From: a bacterium
GTDB taxonomy: Bacteria > Patescibacteriota > Minisyncoccia > Phycocordibacterales > CAIZLB01
Direction: 5' to 3'
Length of the DNA stretch: 64,000 bases
NCBI GenBank assembly: GCA_037127815.1
Contig: JBAXXP010000002.1
Location: 142,943 to 206,942 of the forward strand
Shown: positions 40,109 to 49,635 of the stretch, piece by piece
Layout of the letters: each line of letters begins with the position of its first letter
Numbering within the stretch: the first letter of the stretch is position 1
The notes under the pieces: generated by a model
The model's database searches: none
What the model was told of the DNA's origin: nothing
Seen by the model: only the letters and a program-made list of their open reading frames with translations
Position numbers and translations under genes: made by a program

Positions 40109-40513
40109 ATGGAAAGTCTAAAATCATTCAGTCAATTATCAGGAGGAACAGAATCAGAGCCAACTCCTGAATTACAGCAACCTGTTGAGAGAAAAGAAAA
40201 ACATATAGAGATGCTAGAAAAAATGGGTTTATCACCTGAAGATTCTGAAAAGATCCCTCCCAAGGATTTCTTTGATTTAGCGATGAATAAATGTGGATAC
40301 ATGGCTCCAAATTTTAGAGATAGTTCAAGAAGAATCATACTTATGAGTACATATCAAAAAGCATTCATAGAATACTATGGACTTAAGGGACCAAAGAAAA
40401 ATGTTGAATTCTCCAAAATTTTCGACAAAATGTATAGAGATGGAGAAATAGATTTCATACCTCATACAAAGGGCAAAGATTCGTTTTTAGCTTCACCTAT
40501 AGTTGAGGAATAG
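40109..40513 (+). CDS. hypothetical protein
   Basis: 134-aa ORF; TAAAAT lies 6 nt before the ATG. Confidence 0.6.
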   Translation: MESLKSFSQLSGGTESEPTPELQQPVERKEKHIEMLEKMGLSPEDSEKIPPKDFFDLAMNKCGYMAPNFRDSSRRIILMSTYQKAFIEYYGLKGPKKNVEFSKIFDKMYRDGEIDFIPHTKGKDSFLASPIVEE

Positions 40514-40750
40514 AATGAGGATACTTACCAAGCTGAAATCCAGTCTTAATTCACGTATAATTTTCTCAATCGTATTATTCTTAGTATGCATGTCCCTAGA
40601 TTTCTCGGTAACTAATTTTTATATTCAAGGAAATATAAATTTGGAGGGGAATTTACTAAATATTTATTCATTTTTTATTTTATTTTTATTTATAAAAACC
40701 AATGTTATACTAATTAGTATAACATAGATATTCTCGGCTACTAAAAATTA

Positions 40751-40991
40751 TCGTTAATTTATAAGAATCCAGAAGCTACAACAGAAGATACAAAGATTAT
40801 TTCTTAGTAAGATATTTTCGAACCTGTCATTAGGAGATGATAACATAACGCCAGAATACACATTGGCATTTAAATTTCTTACAGAATGACTACCTGTAAT
40901 AAATGATAGTTTAGAACCACAAAACTATGGCTCTAACAAAGGAAAAGAGAGCACTTTCGTGCCCTCTCATCCTGTCTTGCTCCGCGGGTAG
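40751..40991 (+). pseudogene. decayed 3' fragment of the serine recombinase gene, with its tRNA junction
   Basis: Near-identical to about 50950-51189, with a +1 frameshift near 40790 and TGG>TGA at 40887-40889. Confidence 0.9.
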
Positions 40992-41046
40992 GATTCGCCC
41001 CTCGCCCTTCGGGCTCGAAATTCGTGCCCTTATCTCGCGGAATCAG
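40983..41046. repeat. tRNA-Asn 3'-end-derived unit, copy 1
   Basis: CGCGGGTAGGATTCG (tRNA 3' end) followed by CCCCT...TCGAAATTCGTGCCCTTATCTCGCGGAATCAG. Confidence 0.8.
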
Positions 41047-41090
41047 GCAAAAGAAAAAACGCCAGCTGTGCTGACGCCTTTTCTTCTGCT

Positions 41091-41157
41091 GCTCCGAACT
41101 TGGGGCGATGTTCGAATTATTGTTGTAAATTCTGAATTAATGGATTTTCAATTGTAA
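41091..41157 (+). other. att-like junction J1 with an in-frame recombinase tail
   Basis: Hairpin, then GCTC CGA ACT TGG GGC GAT GTT CGA; reads LRTWGDVRIIVVNSELMDFQL*. Confidence 0.7.
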
Positions 41158-42211
41158 ATATATCGCTCGCTGCATTCATACCAAGACCTGAATTTTCTAT
41201 TTGAACTTGATAAAGACCTGGTAAAATATCTGACGGTATATTCCAAGTATATGTACCTATTGATACACCCGGGTTCGGATTAAAATATGTATAATCATGT
41301 CTAGATGAATCATAAATTCCCCAACCTAACATAGCTGAAATGGTTATTACACGCATTGGACCACTCCAGTTAATTTGGACTGACTTTCCTGCTTTCCAGA
41401 CTGTTGATTTGTTTGGGGAGATTATTTTTACAGCAGAACCTCCATTTGTATTTGAAGTATTAGCAGATGTGGATACATCATCAAGCACGCTATTAGTTTT
41501 ATTAGTAAAAATAATAGTTGGAATAATCTCATCGATTCCTACGCCACCAACATTGTTCACAGCACGGCTATAACTAGAAATTTCAAGAATATTCCCTTTT
41601 GAATCCACAGGAATAAACACCATCTCTCCCCCACCACCAGATATTTCATTATGATAAATAACCTCAATCGCTTTTTTACCTCCCACAGTTATATTTCTTT
41701 TTATCACATTAGAATACTCGGGATTCTTGACCTCATTATCTACCGTTTCCTCATAAGTAAAATTTCTTCCAAGCACCTGGTTGTAACGAATACCCTCTCT
41801 AAAATCTAAACTATTAGCAAAACTAATTTCTATACCCGTACTCTGTTCACTGACCGTAGGTTGCCCCATTGTTGGTGGGTATTTAAAAGTAAAATCTATT
41901 TTATCATTAGTGTATGTTGACCAATTTTCATTTACATCATTACCCAAGGTTGGAACAACCGGAAACACATCAACTGTAGTTTTTAAAGTTTTTTTATTAA
42001 TATTGTCTGAATTTTTAATAATCGAAGATGTGGTTGATGAGGAATTATTTGTTAATTCTTTTACAGGCGAAGGATTCTCTGGCGTAGATTCTTGTTTTAT
42101 TTTATTGTTTGAAGTGTTTTGCATATAAAAATATGTTGCCACCCCAACCCCTAATAAAACTACAACCATCATCATTAGAGGAACTATAAATCCTCTTTGT
42201 GTATTTTTCAT
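41117..42211 (-). CDS. surface protein with a prepilin-like leader, PsbP-like middle and C-terminal Ig-like domain
   Basis: MKNTQRGF plus hydrophobic helix; WSTYTN...FTFKYP; IISPN...WKAGKSVQINW...YTWNIP. Confidence 0.7.
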   Translation of the reverse strand: MKNTQRGFIVPLMMMVVVLLGVGVATYFYMQNTSNNKIKQESTPENPSPVKELTNNSSSTTSSIIKNSDNINKKTLKTTVDVFPVVPTLGNDVNENWSTYTNDKIDFTFKYPPTMGQPTVSEQSTGIEISFANSLDFREGIRYNQVLGRNFTYEETVDNEVKNPEYSNVIKRNITVGGKKAIEVIYHNEISGGGGEMVFIPVDSKGNILEISSYSRAVNNVGGVGIDEIIPTIIFTNKTNSVLDDVSTSANTSNTNGGSAVKIISPNKSTVWKAGKSVQINWSGPMRVITISAMLGWGIYDSSRHDYTYFNPNPGVSIGTYTWNIPSDILPGLYQVQIENSGLGMNAASDIFTIENPLIQNLQQ

Positions 42212-42266
42212 ATTACAATTGTATCAGAATCAAATATTATATACATCTTTTTATTTTCACTCTAAT

Positions 42267-42323
42267 CGCGGGTAGGATTCGCCCCTCCTCCGTCGAAATT
42301 CGTACCCTTCTCTCGCGGATCAG
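42267..42323. repeat. tRNA-Asn 3'-end-derived unit, copy 2
   Basis: CGCGGGTAGGATTCGCCCCT...TCGAAATTCGTACCCTTCTCTCGCGGATCAG. Confidence 0.8.
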
Positions 42324-42369
42324 TTAGAAATAAAAATGCACCAGACAAGCTGGTGTTTTTTATTCTAAT

Positions 42370-42472
42370 GCTCCGCGGACTTGATTCTGTTCGACTAGCA
42401 CTCATTGAGGATGGTTTGGATGATTTAGCGAAGATTGAGAAAGTTAAAAAGAAACAGAAGTCCAATATATAA
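42370..42472 (+). other. att-like junction J2 with an in-frame recombinase tail
   Basis: Hairpin, then TGCTCCGCGG (identical to 51176-51185) ACTTGATTCTGTTCGA; reads LRGLDSVRLALIEDGLDDLAKIEKVKKKQKSNI*. Confidence 0.8.
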
Positions 42473-42480
42473 TTTAATAC

Positions 42481-43299
42481 TTATTCAGGTTGGGTTGTCT
42501 CTTTCATTTTTTTGAATCTAGCTAAAGCTTCTGGTGTAACTTTTTCAACAGAACTCATACCGTCTGTTACGCTTAAATATTCTCTAAATCCACCATTTAC
42601 TCCAACTAATCCCATTTCAGATGGTTTTGCAACTTCTTTTGTAATTCTTCCCATAGGATCAGCATCCCAATCTGGTTCCTTATTAGAAGCTATTCTTCCA
42701 GCTCTTACATCACGGACGAACCATCTTTTTCCATCAGCAATTACTTCCTCTCCAACATTGAAATGTTGTCCGTTAAAAAGAAAAGCACCCTCTTTTAATT
42801 TGTCTTTATTTTCATCAGTCATGTATTTTACTTTACGACCTTCCATGCCGTCCTCCATTTCAGTGGCACGGCCATTAAAAGCTCCGACTTGCTTTGGTGG
42901 ATTCTCATCTTTACTAGATCTGTCGCTCTCCAGAGTGGAAATTTGATCCTCGAGTGTCTTAATCCTTGCTCTTTCACTTGAGATACTGGGAGGTTCTTGG
43001 GAAGAGCCCTCTTTCATTCCTAAACTACCTCGAATTGACGACAGCTTGTCTGCCGTAAACTCGATACCATTTTTAATTGTTTCAATAGCAGAAACACGTT
43101 TCAATACTTCTCCACCAATTTCTTGTTCAGACAACATCTCTTCCTTAGGTTCGGGATTTTTTTCAACATTATTTTCTAAGCCTGATTCTATAGACTCACT
43201 CCCAACAAAGGTTATGTCCTGACCATCTTCAATCTCTGCGCCATTAGCGTCATGTTTCTTTTCCTGTGGAACTGGATGATTTTTTTCAAAGGAGATCAT
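42481..43299 (-). CDS. hypothetical acidic protein (cassette cargo)
   Basis: Likely start MISFEKNHP; the upstream part of the listed ORF overlaps the hairpin and junction J3. Confidence 0.65.
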   Translation of the reverse strand: MISFEKNHPVPQEKKHDANGAEIEDGQDITFVGSESIESGLENNVEKNPEPKEEMLSEQEIGGEVLKRVSAIETIKNGIEFTADKLSSIRGSLGMKEGSSQEPPSISSERARIKTLEDQISTLESDRSSKDENPPKQVGAFNGRATEMEDGMEGRKVKYMTDENKDKLKEGAFLFNGQHFNVGEEVIADGKRWFVRDVRAGRIASNKEPDWDADPMGRITKEVAKPSEMGLVGVNGGFREYLSVTDGMSSVEKVTPEALARFKKMKETTQPE

Positions 43300-43405
43300 T
43301 GTTTGTATATTATAATTATTAGTAAAGTATACAACATACAAGGAAAAAAAGAAGCCCATACCTAGGTATAAAAATAACCCCATATTAATGGGGCTATTTT
43401 CGTCG

Positions 43406-43508
43406 GCTCGCTTGGCAGTTCGCATTCCGAACCTTTGACTGGTCAAAAGCTGTGGGGGACATAGAAACAACAAACAAAGAAATTAATCACCTGTTGTCTT
43501 TAATATAA
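43406..43508 (+). other. att-like junction J3 with an in-frame recombinase tail
   Basis: Hairpin AAAATAACCCC/GGGGCTATTTT, then GCTC GCT TGG CAG TTC GCA TTC CGA ACC; reads LAWQFAFRTFDWSKAVGDIETTNKEINHLLSLI*. Confidence 0.62.
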
Positions 43509-43623
43509 AGATAATATCGTAAGTATCGTCTGTGGATTTTGAAAGGCTGGGAGGGGATACTCCTTTTACACTAGTCCCCGTCAGTTATAGAAAAAAAGTA
43601 GTGTTACCTATTAACTTAAGTAA

Positions 43624-44208
43624 TTATAAGTTATGCGTAGAATTCTTGATTGTTTCATTAACGATATCAGAAACAGTCTTTGTAGATACTGCCTTTCCAC
43701 AAATTGCTCTCAATTTTTGTTGACCAACTTCTCCATAAATCCATACGAAAAATACCGTGTCAGGATTATCTATAAAAGATATGTCTGCCTGTACTCCCCC
43801 ATAATCATTATCTGAGGCATCCAAAATTACAAACTTGCTTTGATAATATTTCTTACTAAAATTATTCAAACCACAATTCATATCCTTGCTTATATTCTCT
43901 AAAGCTTCTACTTCCAATCCATTATTTGTTCCATCCAAATATCCATTTAGAGCAGTACGAATTTGTTTTATGTATGGACTATTAAAAATTTCTTCTTCAG
44001 TTGGGTTTTTTCCAATTACAGGAGGGTTTTCTACCTCGAGGTTTTTTATAGCACCTTCTATTTTAGCTGGATCTACAGTCCCCTTTTGTGTTTCAGAAAC
44101 AACAGGAGCTTTAGTAGGTTGAACTTGAGACCAATACAAAACACCAGCTAAGATAACCAGAGCAGAGACGATAACTATTATGTGTTTATATTGATTTATT
44201 TTTTTCAT
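43624..44208 (-). CDS. membrane-anchored hypothetical protein
   Basis: N-terminal TM helix; TGATAGAAT -10 box 6 nt before the ATG. Confidence 0.7.
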   Translation of the reverse strand: MKKINQYKHIIVIVSALVILAGVLYWSQVQPTKAPVVSETQKGTVDPAKIEGAIKNLEVENPPVIGKNPTEEEIFNSPYIKQIRTALNGYLDGTNNGLEVEALENISKDMNCGLNNFSKKYYQSKFVILDASDNDYGGVQADISFIDNPDTVFFVWIYGEVGQQKLRAICGKAVSTKTVSDIVNETIKNSTHNL

Positions 44209-44328
44209 ATGGTTATTCTATCACACGCAACTAAAATATGTCTTAAGAAAAACAATATCAGATGGACTTTTGGATACATTATGGAATAATTAAGTAGTAA
44301 TTTAGTTATGATTTTCCAATGAAATAAT

Positions 44329-44637
44329 ATGAAAAAACACCCATCTATAAGACAAGTCAAATATGCCTACGGATTAATGAATGAAAATAAAACCAAACAG
44401 CAAATAGCCCTTGATTCTGGTTTCTCGCCAAGTACTGCCCGAGTTCCCAACTCAATCGAAAATAAGATAGGTTTTAAGCTTGCTATCGCTCAGATAGCTG
44501 GAGAGATGGAGAACGTCGCTATGAAGCTCATGTACGAGCTTGAGGTGCGTGATATGAGTAAGATGGACAACAAGACCTTACTTTACTCTCTTGATGTAAT
44601 TTCAAAGACTCACGAGCGTTTTATGGCCAAAATCTAA
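44329..44637 (+). CDS. small HTH protein resembling the N-terminus of terminase small subunits
   Basis: RQVKYA......KTKQQIALDSGFSPSTA resembles the TerS motif N.TQAA..AGYS..TA. Confidence 0.5.
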   Translation: MKKHPSIRQVKYAYGLMNENKTKQQIALDSGFSPSTARVPNSIENKIGFKLAIAQIAGEMENVAMKLMYELEVRDMSKMDNKTLLYSLDVISKTHERFMAKI

Positions 44638-44916
44638 TAAACATAAGGAATTTCCATACTTCAACATTCAAACTCCACTTCCCTTTATATTTATTTAAAA
44701 TGTGGTAGTATTTTAGTACAACTTAATAAAAGAAGTAGCCTAAACCTATGTTGAAATATATAGGCATGGTGAAAAAAGTCCTGACAGACATAAAAAACCC
44801 ATCATATGGGGTGTCTGTCAGGCCGTACTGGGAAACTGGTATTGGAGAGCGCAAGCTCTCCACTCATGTGGTGGGCTTTTTGCGTTCTTGATTATATTTA
44901 TTTTAAATAAAAATAC

Positions 44917-45813
44917 ATGAAAAAATATCTTTCAATTATAGTCCTACTTATAATAATAACTCCTTCGATTGCCCTAGCCTCGTGGTGGAATCCCTTCACT
45001 TGGGCATGGCTTGGTAAAACTATAAATACTCAAACTATACAGGAATTGTCAACTACAACATCATCGGTTGCAACATCAACTTATAAGAATATTCATGCAA
45101 CTACTTCAATAAATTTAATAGGTGATAAAGCTAAAAAGTCTTCAAAAACAGAAGTTCATATTCAAAAACAATCAAATGTTGAACCTTATATATCATCAGT
45201 TCAAGATCTGCCACAAAAAACTAACGAGGTAGAAAAAAGTTCCTTATTAAAACAAGATGAATCTATTAAACCATATATAGATATTAAGGTTAATGGGCAA
45301 GATGGTCCAATTACCGTAAATTTGAACTCTTACGTTACTGTTTCTTGGACATCAAAAGGTGTTCTGTCTTGTGTTTCAAATAAGAACAACAAGTCACTTT
45401 CTGGTAGTGAAATTATAAATATTAATGCACAAACAACAAACCCTTTCGTAATTAAATGTGTTTCTACCGATGGAGATAATGTGTCTGACTCAGTGTCACT
45501 AAATATCAACGGTTCAAATATTGAAAATATAGATCCTTATGGTGTAGTACCCTTGAAATCAGGCGATGTTTATACTCCAGATCAACTAAACTTAATTGAC
45601 TGTACATATCATGGAACTAACTGTAAACCAATGACCACCATTTACCAAGATGTTCAACCTGCTTCTGTTCAAAAACAAGTCTTTGATTGTTGGTCATATC
45701 AAGTAGAACAGAAAAAACTCGATGAGAGTTATGCCCAAAATGGAACCCTCTTTTCTGGTGCCAGAGCAAATGCAGATAGCGCCCTAAAAGCAAAATATGC
45801 GAGTTGTTTTTAA
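44917..45813 (+). CDS. secreted protein with an ASWWNPFTW N-terminus and an Ig-like domain
   Basis: Signal peptide, Thr/Ser-rich linker, DIKVNGQDGPIT...VSWTS..C. Confidence 0.72.
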   Translation: MKKYLSIIVLLIIITPSIALASWWNPFTWAWLGKTINTQTIQELSTTTSSVATSTYKNIHATTSINLIGDKAKKSSKTEVHIQKQSNVEPYISSVQDLPQKTNEVEKSSLLKQDESIKPYIDIKVNGQDGPITVNLNSYVTVSWTSKGVLSCVSNKNNKSLSGSEIININAQTTNPFVIKCVSTDGDNVSDSVSLNINGSNIENIDPYGVVPLKSGDVYTPDQLNLIDCTYHGTNCKPMTTIYQDVQPASVQKQVFDCWSYQVEQKKLDESYAQNGTLFSGARANADSALKAKYASCF

Positions 45814-45822
45814 TTCAAGTAT

Positions 45823-46533
45823 ATGAAAAAAATAATAACACCATTTATAATAGCAATTATTTTTATAACTACTGCTTACCAGTGGAATCCAGAAAATTTA
45901 AATAACCCTATTGATAAAAAGACCACAAATCAATCTGAGCAAAAACCTGTATCCGAGGCGCCTATTTCTACTACCACAAAAAATGTTCATGAGGAACCAA
46001 AAAAGATAGTCACTGAAAATACCGAAACTACGTCTATTTCAAAAACCAACACAATACCAACAAAAAATACAAAATCGAATATTGCAACTAGTACAACCGA
46101 TCCCTATGGTATTTTATCAACATCAGGTATTGCATACACCCCAGCAGAATTAAAAGCCATTGAAAGTGCTTATGCTGGAGTTTATGACCCTGCGATCAAT
46201 ACAGCCTTAAGCAAAGTTGATACTATGCAAAGAGAACGATCTGCAATTGCTGAGGCATCATTAGAATCATCATCAGGAAGAAATGTTGGTACAGTGGTTC
46301 TCTCTGAATCTGGATGTGATTATTATTTAGTTGAAACAAGTTTAGGCTATTCACTACTCGAATGGTATGGAGGTTTTGTCCAAGTAGAAGGGGGTATTAT
46401 ATATGGGAACCTAAACAGTTATGGGATGAAAGATGTCACAAACAGGAGCGGACGAAGCGGTAGAGCTTGGGTGGAGGACTACATGCTTTCAAAATCAAGA
46501 GCGATGGAAAAATATTACGATAAGTGTAATTAG
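45823..46533 (+). CDS. secreted or membrane-anchored hypothetical protein
   Basis: Signal or anchor, Thr-rich linker, C-terminal GCDYYLVET..GY.LLEWYGG domain. Confidence 0.72.
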   Translation: MKKIITPFIIAIIFITTAYQWNPENLNNPIDKKTTNQSEQKPVSEAPISTTTKNVHEEPKKIVTENTETTSISKTNTIPTKNTKSNIATSTTDPYGILSTSGIAYTPAELKAIESAYAGVYDPAINTALSKVDTMQRERSAIAEASLESSSGRNVGTVVLSESGCDYYLVETSLGYSLLEWYGGFVQVEGGIIYGNLNSYGMKDVTNRSGRSGRAWVEDYMLSKSRAMEKYYDKCN

Positions 46534-46810
46534 CAAAACTTGTATTAGACAAGACTAAAATTTGACTTTTACAAATAACTTGCTAGGCTTATATAGAAGC
46601 TCTTTGCATCGTAGTAAATTTTCTGGAGAATTGATTTGTTGTATGGGACAGTTATGATCAGTCAAATTCAAAGGGAATGTTCAGAACAATATATTTAAAA
46701 TAGATAACTCCCGCCTTATGGTAAGTTATCAAGGGTAAATGTGTGAAGCTGACAATCTAATAGGTTTTTCCTATTAAGTTGTCAATTTTACATATTAACA
46801 ATCATGTAGA

Positions 46811-46840
46811 AAAGACAACCCCCAAAGGGTTGTTTTTTGT
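46811..46840 (+). terminator. intrinsic terminator upstream of the primase gene
   Basis: GACAACCC-CCAAA-GGGTTGTT followed by a T tract. Confidence 0.65.
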
Positions 46841-46979
46841 TTAGATAGAAGCAACAAACCTATTTATTCAAAACTCCAACACTTACTTATTAATATTAAT
46901 CTTGTTTTGTGTGATAGCTCTAAGTGAAGAATCTAATCAGTTACCACTTAGGGTTATCACACGGCATGTAACTGATTAT

Positions 46980-49415
46980 ATGAACAATATAAACATCCTC
47001 GCCAAAACTTTTGGCGAACAAAAACGTTGGGTAAATTACAAATTAATTGAAAAAGACGGTAAATTAATAAAGCCTCCATTCAAAACAGACGGGAGTCTCG
47101 CATCATCGACCGACAGCGGTACATGGTCTAACTACGAAGATGCTATAAAATCATCTCCTAATGTTGGCATAATCTTTACTCCAGATAAATTACTTCTTGG
47201 TATTGATATTGATCACTGTCTTGAAGACGGGGTGATTTCTCACGTAGAAAAAGAAAAGATTGAGAAACTAGTCATCAAGGCAAATACTTATACAGAAATA
47301 TCCCCCTCCAATACAGGACTGCATTTATTTCTTTCTTTGACTGAACCTCTAGAAATTCTAAAAAATAAAAGTGCCCCTTTTGAAGTTTATATATCTGGGC
47401 GTTATTTTACTGTAACAAACAACCCATACATAGAAGCTCGTCCTGTTCGTACAGTAACACCAGATGAAGCTTTTAAACTACTATCAATTATTGGTTATCC
47501 TTGGAATAAAAAAGAAGACTTTCAACAAAATATTGTAACGCTTAATACTTTATCACTCAGTGATGAAGAGATTATAACTAAAATATTCTCTTCAAAAAAT
47601 GGAGCCAAAATTAAATCACTTTACAATGGCGACATATCAACATACGGTGACGATGATTCTTCAGCAGACCTAGCATTATGTTCTTACCTAGCTTTTTGGA
47701 CACAAAAAGATCACAGTCAGATTGAACGTGTATGGCTCAATTCCCCTCTTGGTAAAAGAGAAAAAACTCAATCTCGTAAAGACTATAGAGATAGAACTAT
47801 CGAGACTGCGATAAATGGTTGTTCAGAAGTATATTCAAAATCAAGACAACAGAAAGAAGATAAGTCTGACGTTAACAATATTCAGACGGAAGTAGCAAAA
47901 GATAACACATTACTTAATGAGATTTGTAACCGAAGTGATGTAACACTATTTTGTGATGAGCAAAAAGATACTTATATTGCCTTAGACATTTTGGGGCATC
48001 AAGAGATTTGGCCTTGTGATGGTAGTTCAATAAAAAATTTACTAGCTTATATGTCTTGGAATAAAAACAAAAAACCTCTAGGTTCAGAGAGTACTAAAAG
48101 CATAATAGCCGTAATGGAAGGTAAGGCACGTTTTGAAGGAAAAGAGATTAAATTACACAATCGTGTAGCTTGGCACGATGGCAGTCTTTGGTATGATCTT
48201 ACAAATAAACAGTGGCAGGCAATAAAAATATGTGAAAGCGGTTGGGAAATTATAGGCAAACCACCAATCATCTTTAATCGATACAGCCACCAGCAGTCTC
48301 AAATTACTCCGAATCAAAACGGAAATATAGACTTATTTTTAAGGTATATAAACATAACTAATCCAGAACACCGTTTGTTATTCTTAGTTTTTTTAGTTAG
48401 TTGTTTTATCCCAGATTTTCCTCATGTAATGCTCGTGATATTTGGAGCCCAAGGATCGTCTAAATCAACTTTTTCAAAATTGACGAGAATGACAATAGAC
48501 CCATCAATGATTGATGTTGTTGCGTTACCAGAAAAATAAAATGAACTTGTACAGATACTTGCGCATCATCACGCCGTATTTTTTGACAATGTATCTCACG
48601 TCAGTGAAGATACATCAGATACAATTTGTCGAGCAATTACTGGTAGTGGTTTTTCAAAAAGAAAGCTCTACAAAAATGATGAGGATATCATATACAAATT
48701 TAACAGATGTTTAGGAATTAACGGAATAAACCTTGTTACTATTCGACCAGATTTACTTGAAAGAAGCCTACTAATAGAATTGGAAAGAATTGACCCGACA
48801 AAGAGAAAGCATGAAAAAGAACTCTACGAGAATTTTGCACAAGATTTACCATCTATTTTGGGAGGAATATTCGATATATTAGTAAGAACTTTAGAAATCA
48901 AGTCTACAATCAAAATTAACTCTCTACCTCGTATGGCAGACTGGACTATTTGGGGATGTGCAATTTCAGAAGCATTAGGATATACAAAAGAAGATTTTTT
49001 GAAGGCGTATGAAAATAATATCAACAGGCAGGCTGAAATGCTGTTAAATGAAAATATCATAGCTACTACGTTATTTTCATTCATGGAAGATAAATCAAAT
49101 TGGAGAGGAACTGCTAGCGAACTTCTGGATAGTCTATATTCAAAGACTCCTACGGATTATTTCGCTAAGTATGAGAAGTTTTGGCCAAAAAGTGCTGGCT
49201 CTTTATCTCGTAAATTAAATGAACTAAGCACGTATCTAAAGCAAATGGGAATAGTTGTAAACATTAGTACTACTGGCAAGGAAAGGTACATTGATATAAA
49301 AAATATTTCTAAAGCTAAGGAATCTATAGAGAAAAATAAGCAGATTCCTATTGGCGTTAGAGATGACGATACTTACGATATTTTATCAATACCAAAAAGA
49401 GACATTTTTGCTTAG
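46980..49415 (+). pseudogene. NrS-1-like primase-polymerase/helicase interrupted by one in-frame TAA (48537-48539)
   Basis: GIDIDHC, YTEISPS.TGLH, GRYFTVT, SSADLAL...LAFWT, Walker A GAQGSSKST. The same frame continues past the stop through Walker B FFDN and DLLERS into ORF 48780..49415. Confidence 0.85.
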
Positions 49416-49434
49416 ACCCTTAACACCAACCAAG

Positions 49435-49593
49435 ATGTTAAGCAAAGAAATTATTAGTGAGTTTCAGGAGGTTCTAAAAGAAGAGTACGGCAGGAACGTA
49501 ACCTTTCAAGAAGCATCCTCAATACTTTGTGGTTTGGTGGCCTATTTTGACACGCTTGCAAAAATAAACCATCTTATGCAACAAGACCCCTGA
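49435..49593 (+). CDS. small helical protein upstream of the recombinase, candidate directionality factor or regulator
   Basis: MLSKEIISEFQEVLKEEYGRNVTFQEASSILCGLVAYFDTLAKI... Confidence 0.6.
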   Translation: MLSKEIISEFQEVLKEEYGRNVTFQEASSILCGLVAYFDTLAKINHLMQQDP

Positions 49594-49635
49594 GTGATAT
49601 ACTGGGTAAAATACTTATAAATTAATCTAACAACC

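Noticed and set aside
40927-41157. 76-aa ORF as a gene
   Set aside because: It is a chimera of the recombinase remnant, tRNA-derived unit, hairpin and J1 tail; only the tail is likely meaningful.
48511-48714. Programmed frameshift or separate ORF in the helicase
   Set aside because: The helicase halves are in the same frame, so the break is an in-frame stop. This ORF is in another frame and has no motifs.
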